From assembly GCA_949292205.1 (NCBI GenBank), contig CASEYR010000001.1, positions 155,530 through 219,529 on the forward strand: 64,000 bases of DNA, written 5' to 3'. The notes under the pieces are model-generated. The model worked only from the letters and a program-made list of their open reading frames with translations. It had not been told where the DNA came from and did not search any database. Each line of letters begins with the position of its first letter. Position 1 is the stretch's first letter. Positions 40,943-49,124 of this stretch are shown here, piece after piece. The translations under genes were made by a program, and so were the position numbers. The DNA comes from an uncultured Alphaproteobacteria bacterium. GTDB taxonomy: Bacteria; Pseudomonadota; Alphaproteobacteria; CAAHEQ01; UBA3637.

Positions 40943-42310
40943 ATGGAACAACTAAACTTTTACGATTTAGTATCTGATTTAACATTACAAGAGGTCTTTC
41001 AGTCCTATTTGGATTGTCGTCGAAACAAACGTCGTAGTTTGTCTTCTTTGCGTTTTGAAAGAGAATACGAACATAATCTGATTCGATTGTATGATGATAT
41101 TATACGCCGACGTTATCAGAGCCGCCCCTCCAAGGCCTTTATTGTGGATAAACCAGTCCAACGAGAGGTGTTTGCCGCCGATTTTCGGGATCGGATTATC
41201 CACCACCTAATCATCGGGTATTTAATGCCCGTGTTTGAACGTATTTTTTTAAATGAATCATACAGCTGTCGCGTCGGAAAAGGGACTCTATTCGGTATTC
41301 AATCCTGCGCTCAAATGATGCAAATTTGTTCCAATCATTACACAACGGATTGTTATGTGTTAAGGCTGGATATTCACGGCTTCTTTTTTCATATAGATAA
41401 ACGTATTTTATATCGAAAATTGAAACAGTTAATCGATACGCAATACCATCATGTAAATAAATCGACCATCTTGTTTTTAATCCGAGAAGTGTTGCGCGAT
41501 AATCCGACTGAAAATTGTAAAATCAGCGGATCTAAAAGCGCATGGATTGGACTTCCAAAAACAAAAAGCCTGTTTTTCAGCGGCCGAAACAAAGGACTTC
41601 CCATCGGTAATCTGACCAGCCAAGTTTTTGCCAATTTTTATTTGAATGATTTTGACCATTATGTCACTGGGTTGGATAAAGATTTGTTTTATGGACGATA
41701 CGTCGACGATATCGTCATTATGCACCCCAGCCGGGAGTATCTGCTTCAAGTCAAACAACACATCGACACTTATTTAAGGCAAGAGCTGGGGTTAACATTA
41801 CACCCGAAAAAGGTATCATTACAACATTATGCCAAAGGGTTCGCCTTTGTCGGCGCCTATATCAAACCCGGACGCGTTTATCCTGGCAAAAGGTTGCGTC
41901 GATCATTTTATTTAAAGATGCAACACCTGAACACGTTATGGGAAAACAACACACAAAAAATGAACCGAGCGTTGCTTGAAAAGACGTTATCAAGCATCAA
42001 TTCTTATTTTGGGTTATTAAAACACTTTGACGCCTGGCGGATCAAATTAAAGGGATGGAATATGTTAAACGAACAAATCCGAAGTGTTTTTCGAACAAAT
42101 GAACGGTTAAACAAAGTCTGGATAGAGCCCCAAACAAAACGCCAGATGATTGATGATGCCCGAAAAATGTTCACAGAGCCACTCAGGTATCCCAAGAAAT
42201 ATAAAAATCTTGTCCAAAAATGGAATCGCCTGTCACCGGAAGAGGCACTCAAATCTTGTTTAGGTCCTTCTTACATCACGATACCAGAAGACGAAAAAGA
42301 ATCCACTTGA
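40943..42310 (+). CDS. DGR-type reverse transcriptase
   Basis: RT motifs including LPIGNLTSQVFANFYLNDFD (DGR hallmark IGxxxSQ) and FYGRYVDDIVIM (YxDD). Confidence 0.9.
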   Translation: MEQLNFYDLVSDLTLQEVFQSYLDCRRNKRRSLSSLRFEREYEHNLIRLYDDIIRRRYQSRPSKAFIVDKPVQREVFAADFRDRIIHHLIIGYLMPVFERIFLNESYSCRVGKGTLFGIQSCAQMMQICSNHYTTDCYVLRLDIHGFFFHIDKRILYRKLKQLIDTQYHHVNKSTILFLIREVLRDNPTENCKISGSKSAWIGLPKTKSLFFSGRNKGLPIGNLTSQVFANFYLNDFDHYVTGLDKDLFYGRYVDDIVIMHPSREYLLQVKQHIDTYLRQELGLTLHPKKVSLQHYAKGFAFVGAYIKPGRVYPGKRLRRSFYLKMQHLNTLWENNTQKMNRALLEKTLSSINSYFGLLKHFDAWRIKLKGWNMLNEQIRSVFRTNERLNKVWIEPQTKRQMIDDARKMFTEPLRYPKKYKNLVQKWNRLSPEEALKSCLGPSYITIPEDEKEST

Positions 42311-42430
42311 GATGCATTTGCATACTGTAATGCGATTGGAGAACGTTTGATTGACGCAACGACAGAGTGTGTTAAAACGATGTGGACAGGCGAAAGTGGA
42401 ATTGGGAAAAGAGGAAAAGACCGAGGATAG
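42311..42430 (+). pseudogene. decayed fragment of a C-type-lectin-like DGR target paralog, in frame directly after the RT stop
   Basis: Translates DAFAYCNAIGERLIDATTECVKTMWTG, compared with SAFAWCDAIGGQLIDITTECIKTTGTTG in the intact target (about 65% nt identity); no start codon. Confidence 0.5.
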
Positions 42431-42537
42431 CAGGGAAATAAAAACGGCCGCTTCGCGGCCGAGACCTGTCCGCCGGGGACGTCGGACAGGAAAAAAAGTC
42501 TGCCATAAAAGGCAGACTTAGTTAAAAAAATGTTAAT

Positions 42538-42646
42538 AAAAGCTCAGAATCCAACGCAGAGGGCGGTGATGCTGCTGTCACGATTGCTGGTGGTGACCGC
42601 ACCGGAAGAAAGATACACGAAATATGCATAAATTGCACTGGGCACG
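42538..42646 (-). other. DGR variable repeat (VR) at 3' end of target gene
   Basis: Cognate of TR; substitutions A->T x6, A->C x2, A->G x3 relative to TR, none at non-A positions; 3' 27 nt identical to TR. Confidence 0.85.
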
Positions 42647-42924
42647 TTTTGTGTCCATACCAAAGCACTTCCAGTCTCTGTTAAATTCGGGCACCCCGTT
42701 GTTCCGGTTGTTTTAATACATTCCGTTGTTATATCAATCAGCTGTCCCCCGATTGCATCACACCAAGCAAAAGCACTCCACCAATTCATATTAGTATTAC
42801 TTTGACAATAACGGGTGCCGTCCAAGCCCGTCACAACGGTTCCACTACCCCCCGCGCATGATTCGGCAACCGCCGATGTTGACAACAAAACAGATAAACA
42901 AATCATCCCTATGTATTTTTTCAT
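42544..42924 (-). CDS. DGR target: small secreted C-type-lectin-fold-like variable protein (126 aa precursor)
   Basis: Sec signal MKKYIGMICLSVLLSTSAVA; WSAFAWCDAIGGQL motif (CLec-like WxxAxxxCxxxGxxL); C-terminal 34 aa encoded by VR. Confidence 0.8.
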   Translation of the reverse strand: MKKYIGMICLSVLLSTSAVAESCAGGSGTVVTGLDGTRYCQSNTNMNWWSAFAWCDAIGGQLIDITTECIKTTGTTGCPNLTETGSALVWTQNVPSAIYAYFVYLSSGAVTTSNRDSSITALCVGF

Positions 42925-43092
42925 GGCAATACTCCTTTGCTATCCCCTATTCTATCCAATCCACCGCCGTATTGCAAGTATTTTTATCACGACATACACA
43001 AAAATTCACACTTCCTTATCAGACTCATCCGTATCTGACCCCCAGAAAGTTCCATTTTATGCCCTATGTTGATTTAACATACTAAAAAATTA

Positions 43093-43737
43093 TCAGCGTC
43101 CTAACTTTTCATACCGTTGAACCAATCGGGTATATTGGTCTTTTGTATACCGATGTTGAATGTTAGAGCGTGTTCCCGCAGAAGCAGAAAGCGGACTGAC
43201 AACCCGCCAAAAACCATTTCCATCTAACCGAAAAACCTCTCCCGTCAATGTTTTGGGAATAACACCTGATTTATCCGTTCCCTCTGCACGAATTGAATCT
43301 GATGTTAAAGCCGAATTTTTAAAAAACGTCATCCACTCTTGCCGAGTCATCGCATGATTATCAGATGGTGTATAATTTTGTAAAAACTCTTTTTCAAATA
43401 TACCACTCGGTAATTTCTTTTGTTGACGCGCTATTGCCAAAGCCTCTTTTACAGCTGAACGAATCCCACGTTTTTTATCTTTTTGAACGATATCTAAAAT
43501 AAAATCAGATTGGGCAAAAATTTGATTAAACTCAACCGATCTTGCCCCGATGTTATTATCATCAATTTCGGCAGAAAAGCTCTGTTTCGGATTGCTTTCA
43601 ACCCGTTTAACGTAGTCATCAAATGCTTTTTCCCCAGGTAATTTTGTATCGCCATTACATCCAACACCCAACAAAGACAGTGTCGCCATTGATAACGCCG
43701 CCGCCATTCCTTTAAATGATTTCTTTAACTCTGTCAT
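43093..43737 (-). CDS. lipoprotein, hypothetical
   Basis: Lipobox LLGVGC; 4-nt overlap with upstream ABC transporter gene. Confidence 0.5.
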   Translation of the reverse strand: MTELKKSFKGMAAALSMATLSLLGVGCNGDTKLPGEKAFDDYVKRVESNPKQSFSAEIDDNNIGARSVEFNQIFAQSDFILDIVQKDKKRGIRSAVKEALAIARQQKKLPSGIFEKEFLQNYTPSDNHAMTRQEWMTFFKNSALTSDSIRAEGTDKSGVIPKTLTGEVFRLDGNGFWRVVSPLSASAGTRSNIQHRYTKDQYTRLVQRYEKLGR

Positions 43738-45542
43738 TCGTCATCCTCCTTTTCATTGACCTCTTTTTTGTGAAACTGTGCCATATATAGGGCTTCATAG
43801 GCGCCTTTTTTCGCCAATAATTCTTGATGAGTCCCCTCTTCTACTATATGACCTTCGTTAATAACCACAATCTTATCCGCATTCTGAATCGTGGATAACC
43901 GATGCGCTATGACCAATACCGTTCTGTCTTTCATCAGGTTATCTATCGCTTGTTGCACGATCGCTTCGGATTTGTTATCTAATGCCGATGTCGCCTCGTC
44001 CAAAATCACAATCGGCGCATTCTTTAAAAAAGCTCGGGCAATCGCAACACGCTGTTTCTGTCCGCCGGACAAAAGAGTTCCTCGCTCACCTATATCCGAA
44101 TCCAATCCTTTTTCAAGACTATCAACAAAATCGTCTAAACATGCCATCTTTAATGCTTGACGAATCTCGTCCTCGGTCGCATCAAACTTGCCTAAAATCA
44201 AGTTATCGCGAATCGTTCCGGAAAATAAGAAATTATCCTGAAAGACCATACCGATACTATCTCGTAAAGACTCTAACGTTACATCCCGAATGTCGTGACC
44301 ATCAATTTGAATAGAACCGCTATCCACATCATAAAATCGCGGAATCAAGCTGACAATCGTTGATTTTCCGCCGCCGGAATTACCGACAAAAGCTACTGTC
44401 TGTCCTTTTTTAATCGTTAAATTGATATCTTTTAAAACCGGTGTTCCGGGAACGTATGAAAAATCAACATCTTTAAACAGAATCTTGTTCTTCAGACTCG
44501 GCAAAGTTATCGCATCCTTTTTGTCCTTAATCTTTATCGGTGTTTCTAAAATTTCAAAAACACGCTCTATCGCCATAAAAGACAGTTGAACCGCATTGAA
44601 GTTCTTGCCTATGTTCTTAATCGGCGTATACAGCATTAACATAGCCGTCATAAAGGCAACAAAATCACCCGCCGTAATCGTCTTGCTGGTAATTAAATAG
44701 CTACCATACCAAATTGTTCCCGCTATACCAATCGCAATAATGATATGCATCATCGGTGACAGCCACGCTGTCCGTTGGATGTTCTTAATAGATAGCTTAA
44801 ATGCTTGATTTAATGTATCAAAAAACTTCCTTTTTTGGTGTTCATTTAAGTTGTAGGAGGCTATCGTTTTAGAGCCTGCATGTGTTTCATTAAAAGAGGT
44901 TAAAACAGCCCCTCCAACCACGATTGAGCGAGCAACAATATCTTTTATCTTTTTGCGTATCATTGTCAACGGATAGAGTGATGTCCCTAAAACAACAATC
45001 GCTATAACCGCTAATTGCCATGAGGTATATAACAAAACACAAATCAATGTAACTGATGAAAATATACGTGTTGTAAAAACTCGAACATTATTTAACAATC
45101 CCGTACAGGCCGTATCCGCGTCTCCGTTAAAACGCATCATAATTTGTCCAGATGCATTTTTATCAATATAACTTTGATCAATTGCCAATAATTTGGTATA
45201 CAACTTCTTCTTAAGCTCCATCGTTACCTTGCCACCCGTCCAAGCACTTAAATATGCCGAACCATAATCCAATGCGGCTTGCAACACTGTGAAAAAGATA
45301 ACAAATACCGGTATAATCCACAAAGGCATATTAAAGGGAGTTGTTCCACCTTGATCCATAATCACGGTATCCATAAAAGGCTTTAACGCCAACGCAATCA
45401 CTGCATCCAATGAACCAATCGGAATTGTGATTAAAATAGATAACAATGAACGAAACCAGAACGGTTTTATAAACGGCCACATCCGTGAATAGTTCAAAAT
45501 AAAACGATTATTTTTGAATTTATACGACAACTTACGAAACAT
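43734..45542 (-). CDS. ABC transporter fused permease/ATPase, MsbA-like exporter
   Basis: Six-TM domain plus Walker A GNSGGGKST and signature [14 protein letters not shown]. Confidence 0.85.
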   Translation of the reverse strand: MFRKLSYKFKNNRFILNYSRMWPFIKPFWFRSLLSILITIPIGSLDAVIALALKPFMDTVIMDQGGTTPFNMPLWIIPVFVIFFTVLQAALDYGSAYLSAWTGGKVTMELKKKLYTKLLAIDQSYIDKNASGQIMMRFNGDADTACTGLLNNVRVFTTRIFSSVTLICVLLYTSWQLAVIAIVVLGTSLYPLTMIRKKIKDIVARSIVVGGAVLTSFNETHAGSKTIASYNLNEHQKRKFFDTLNQAFKLSIKNIQRTAWLSPMMHIIIAIGIAGTIWYGSYLITSKTITAGDFVAFMTAMLMLYTPIKNIGKNFNAVQLSFMAIERVFEILETPIKIKDKKDAITLPSLKNKILFKDVDFSYVPGTPVLKDINLTIKKGQTVAFVGNSGGGKSTIVSLIPRFYDVDSGSIQIDGHDIRDVTLESLRDSIGMVFQDNFLFSGTIRDNLILGKFDATEDEIRQALKMACLDDFVDSLEKGLDSDIGERGTLLSGGQKQRVAIARAFLKNAPIVILDEATSALDNKSEAIVQQAIDNLMKDRTVLVIAHRLSTIQNADKIVVINEGHIVEEGTHQELLAKKGAYEALYMAQFHKKEVNEKEDDE

Positions 45543-45608
45543 CTTTTTCCTTTATGTGTGTATATAACTGACGGCAGTTTACCAGATATTAGCCTTAAAA
45601 TCAAGTAT

Positions 45609-46562
45609 TCATTTTAAATGGGCCCTTGGATGAGCATGCTCGTAGACTTCTTGCAAATGCTCCATCGTTATCTCGGTATAGCGTTGTGTCGCCGATAAAG
45701 AAGCATGACCTAACAGCTCTTGAACCGTCCTTAAATCTCCCCCTCCTTGCAATAAATGCGTTGCAAAGCTATGACGCAACGCATGGGGTGTAACCGTATC
45801 CGGTAAATTTAAAGCGCGTCGTATCAATCGAACATTCCGTTGAACAACTCCTGGATTCAACCTATCTCCACGCGCTCCGACAAACAAAGGAGCTTCTGAA
45901 CGAGATAAAGGATGCATTTTTAAATACGATAAAACGGCTTTGCGTACAGCCGGCAAAATCGGGACAATCCGTTGCTTGTCCCCCTTTCCTGTGATAACCA
46001 AAGTATCTGTATGAGATTCAAAATCTTTTTTGTTTAATCCTAATGCCTCTGCTATCCGCAAACCACACCCATACATCAACGTATAGAGGGCAACATCTCG
46101 CTTGGCCTCCCACGTTTCTCTCGCCATATTTTGAGCCGCATCCAAAAAACGAGCTGCATCCGTAACAGACAAGGGCTTTGGCAGTGTCTTTTGTGGGCGA
46201 GCCGAACGAATTGCCATAATCGCCGTGTTTTCTAAAATCTCGTTCCGTGTCATATACTTGAAAAAGTTACGAACGGCCGATAACCCTCTGGCTATGCTGG
46301 ATCGGGCTATTTTTTGATTCGATCGCCATACTAAAAATGATCGAAAATCAGAAACCGTTAATTTTTTTAAATCTGCAAGTGATATTTGTTTGTCAAAATG
46401 GTCACTTAAAAAAGTCATAAACTCTTTCATATCTCTCTGATATGATTCGCCTGTTTTTAAAGCCAGTCGTCGCTCTGATAAAAGATTTTTATACCAATCT
46501 TCTATCACACTCGCTAATTTTGGCGCACAAGTTTGCGATATTGACTTGTATTCCGTTGTCAT
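45609..46562 (-). CDS. xerC: tyrosine site-specific recombinase, XerC-like
   Basis: C-terminal HALRHSFATHLL...LGHASLSATQRYT catalytic region (R, H-x-x-R, Y); start trimmed to MTTEYKS to avoid overlap with priA. Confidence 0.75.
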   Translation of the reverse strand: MTTEYKSISQTCAPKLASVIEDWYKNLLSERRLALKTGESYQRDMKEFMTFLSDHFDKQISLADLKKLTVSDFRSFLVWRSNQKIARSSIARGLSAVRNFFKYMTRNEILENTAIMAIRSARPQKTLPKPLSVTDAARFLDAAQNMARETWEAKRDVALYTLMYGCGLRIAEALGLNKKDFESHTDTLVITGKGDKQRIVPILPAVRKAVLSYLKMHPLSRSEAPLFVGARGDRLNPGVVQRNVRLIRRALNLPDTVTPHALRHSFATHLLQGGGDLRTVQELLGHASLSATQRYTEITMEHLQEVYEHAHPRAHLK

Positions 46563-46613
46563 TTTATGTATCCTAGTCCTTAGACCTACCAGCATAAAGG
46601 ATATTGTGAAAAA

Positions 46614-48572
46614 ATGCAACGATTATCTGTCTTGTTTCCGACACCTTTGGGGTGCTATGATTATAAAAGTGAGCTTTCTCTGACTCACGGTCAATTCGTA
46701 AAGGCTCCGTTCGGACAGAAAACAATCGTTGGCGTCGTTTGGAATCAAGATCCGAATTTCTCTATTCCGGAAAATAAAATTAAGGAAATATCCAATATCG
46801 TTGATATCCCTGCCTTGCCTCAACAAACAATTCAGTTTGTAAATTGGGTGAGCAAATATACGCTTTCCCCTGTCGGAATGGTTTTAAAAATGGCTTTGAT
46901 TCCTGATCCGGAAAAAACAAGTAAAAAGCCAATCTCATTTTTAGAGCCGAATCCAAATCCTACAGACATCTCTTTTTCAGCAGACCAACAAGCCGCCATC
47001 CAATCGCTAAATGCTAAAATAAACAATGGATTTAGCGTTTCTCTTCTTGATGGGGTTACGGGTTCCGGAAAAACAGAGGTCTATTTCGAGTCAATTGCCG
47101 AGGCCTTAAAACACTCCGGACAAGTCTTGGTGTTACTACCCGAAATAACACTTACAAACTCTTGGCTCAATCGTTTTGAAAAACGCTTTGGCGTCAAGCC
47201 AGCTGTTTGGCATTCTGCAATTACTCAAAAACAGCGAAGAGATACTTGGCGTGCTGTTTTAAAGGGAGAAGCTCGCGTTATTGTCGGCGCTCGTTCCGCA
47301 TTATTTCTGCCCTATCAAAAACTCAACCTGATTATTGTTGATGAAGAACACGATGCTTCATATAAACAAGAAGATGGAATTTTATATCAAGCACGAGATA
47401 TGGCTATCGTCCGTGCAAAATTAGCCGAATGTCCTATCATCTTGGCTTCTGCAACGCCCTCTGTTGAAACTTACTGTAATGTTTTAAGCGGAAAGTATGA
47501 CCATATTTCCCTGCCAGAACGTTTTTCCGGAGCAACTTTTCCCGACATTCGCATTGTCGATATGCGTCAAAGAACAAAAGGAGAAATATCTTTTATTTCT
47601 AAAGAATTAAAAGAAACTCTTTCAGAAAAACTAAAAGATAAAGAGCAGAGTTTATTATTTATCAATCGTCGAGGATATGCGCCTTTGGTTCTGTGTCGTG
47701 CTTGCGGTGAACGCTTGCAATGTCCACACTGTTCGGCATGGCTGGTAGAACACCGCCAAAAGAAAAATCTTCAATGTCATCACTGTGGATATACACGCAA
47801 AATCCCAACCGAATGCCCTGCTTGTCATGAAAAAGACTCTTTAATTTCTTGTGGTCCGGGGGTAGAACGTATTTTTGAAGAAACAGTGCGTCTTTTTCCT
47901 AACGCTAAATGCGAAATGGTAACTTCGGATACTTTGGCAAATCCATCTGTTTTTTCAGAGTTATCTCAACGAATGATAGACGGTGAAATTGATATTTTAA
48001 TCGGCACTCAGATTTTAGCAAAAGGACACAACTTTCCCAACCTGACTCTTGTCGGTGTTATTGATGCGGATATGGGGCTTGCCGGAGGAGATTTAAGAGC
48101 TTCGGAAAGAACGTTCCAACTTTTACATCAAGTGATGGGGCGAGCCGGACGAGATCAGAAAAAAGGTATGGCTATCTTACAGTCATATAATCCGGAAAAT
48201 CTGATTATTCAGGCTCTACAAGCCAACGACAGAACGCGTTTTATGAATGAAGAAATAGCCTCTAGACAGCTATTAAAAATGCCACCGTTCGGACGGCTGG
48301 CCGCTATTATCGTCAGCGGAAAGAATCAAAACTTAACCTATCAAACAGCTTTACAGCTGGCAAAAACGGCTCCCTTCTTGAAAGAGGTATCTGTTTTGGG
48401 ACCTGTTGCGGCTCCGTTAGCTATCTTGAGAGGGAAATATCGCTTTCGCTTACTTATTAAAACACCTAAAGACTTTAAATTGCAAAATATGTTAAAAAGT
48501 TGGTTGGAACAAAATCAATTTCCTCGTTCGGTTGATGTTCGCTTGGATATTGATCCATACAGCTTTTTCTAG
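46614..48572 (+). CDS. priA: primosomal protein N' (PriA helicase)
   Basis: Walker A GVTGSGKTEVY; Cys-rich zinc-binding CRACGERLQCPHCSAWL...CHHCGY...CPAC. Confidence 0.9.
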   Translation: MQRLSVLFPTPLGCYDYKSELSLTHGQFVKAPFGQKTIVGVVWNQDPNFSIPENKIKEISNIVDIPALPQQTIQFVNWVSKYTLSPVGMVLKMALIPDPEKTSKKPISFLEPNPNPTDISFSADQQAAIQSLNAKINNGFSVSLLDGVTGSGKTEVYFESIAEALKHSGQVLVLLPEITLTNSWLNRFEKRFGVKPAVWHSAITQKQRRDTWRAVLKGEARVIVGARSALFLPYQKLNLIIVDEEHDASYKQEDGILYQARDMAIVRAKLAECPIILASATPSVETYCNVLSGKYDHISLPERFSGATFPDIRIVDMRQRTKGEISFISKELKETLSEKLKDKEQSLLFINRRGYAPLVLCRACGERLQCPHCSAWLVEHRQKKNLQCHHCGYTRKIPTECPACHEKDSLISCGPGVERIFEETVRLFPNAKCEMVTSDTLANPSVFSELSQRMIDGEIDILIGTQILAKGHNFPNLTLVGVIDADMGLAGGDLRASERTFQLLHQVMGRAGRDQKKGMAILQSYNPENLIIQALQANDRTRFMNEEIASRQLLKMPPFGRLAAIIVSGKNQNLTYQTALQLAKTAPFLKEVSVLGPVAAPLAILRGKYRFRLLIKTPKDFKLQNMLKSWLEQNQFPRSVDVRLDIDPYSFF

Positions 48573-48581
48573 GAGACTCTG

Positions 48582-49124
48582 ATGAAAACAAAAAAATATA
48601 AAGATTCTATTCAATCAAAAATCACCCGCTTGATGTGGATTGTTTTTTCTCAACTTATCTGGATTATACCTGTTTTATACCTTGCTTACTATGTAAAAGA
48701 AAACTTGTCAGATTGGGTTAATTTATATTTCGGTGTTGAAGTTGCTCAGAAAACAGCTGAGGCCTTAGCGGTTCGAGCCGAAATACTAAGTGAACCCGTC
48801 ATTATGAATCCGTCAACTATTACAGCCTATGTTAAAGCTGCTTTCGCCAGTATGAGTGCAACAACAAAAGCTTTCAGCTTATCATCTATCGCCGGAATTA
48901 CAACCTCTCTGGGGACTATCCTCATCAACATCATCAGCTTTATTGTCATCATCTATGGATTGTTACGAATTCGTAAAACATATCAGCTTCAAACACACGA
49001 TACGGCTCTGGTTCATCATATCTGCGATGAAATAATGCCTGAACTAGAGGCTATCAAAAAGGAAATACTGCTGTTACGCCAAAACAAAGACTGCGATAAA
49101 ACAGATATCCGAAGAAACTATTGA
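48582..49124 (+). CDS. hypothetical membrane protein
   Basis: ORF with TM segments. Confidence 0.4.
   Translation: MKTKKYKDSIQSKITRLMWIVFSQLIWIIPVLYLAYYVKENLSDWVNLYFGVEVAQKTAEALAVRAEILSEPVIMNPSTITAYVKAAFASMSATTKAFSLSSIAGITTSLGTILINIISFIVIIYGLLRIRKTYQLQTHDTALVHHICDEIMPELEAIKKEILLLRQNKDCDKTDIRRNY

Larger units (their letters stand above)
40312..42924. mobile_element. diversity-generating retroelement (avd, TR, RT, inverted target with VR)
   Basis: See component features: IGxxxSQ/YVDD RT, TR-VR pair with adenine-specific differences. Confidence 0.85.

Noticed and set aside
42311-42430. Stop-codon readthrough producing an RT-CLec fusion
   Set aside because: The fragment is short, diverged, ends in a stop after 39 codons and lacks the VR-proximal part of the domain. 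It is more parsimoniously a pseudogene remnant.
42815-43085. Plus-strand ORFs (42815-43072, 42858-43085) overlapping the DGR target and its promoter region
   Set aside because: They overlap the well-supported target gene on the other strand and have no motifs or RBS; likely spurious.
45609-46619. Full-length ORF-track model of the recombinase (336 aa) overlapping priA
   Set aside because: The N-terminal 19 aa are hydrophobic junk and overlap the priA start. An internal Met (MTTEYKS) at 46562 gives a typical XerC length without overlap.
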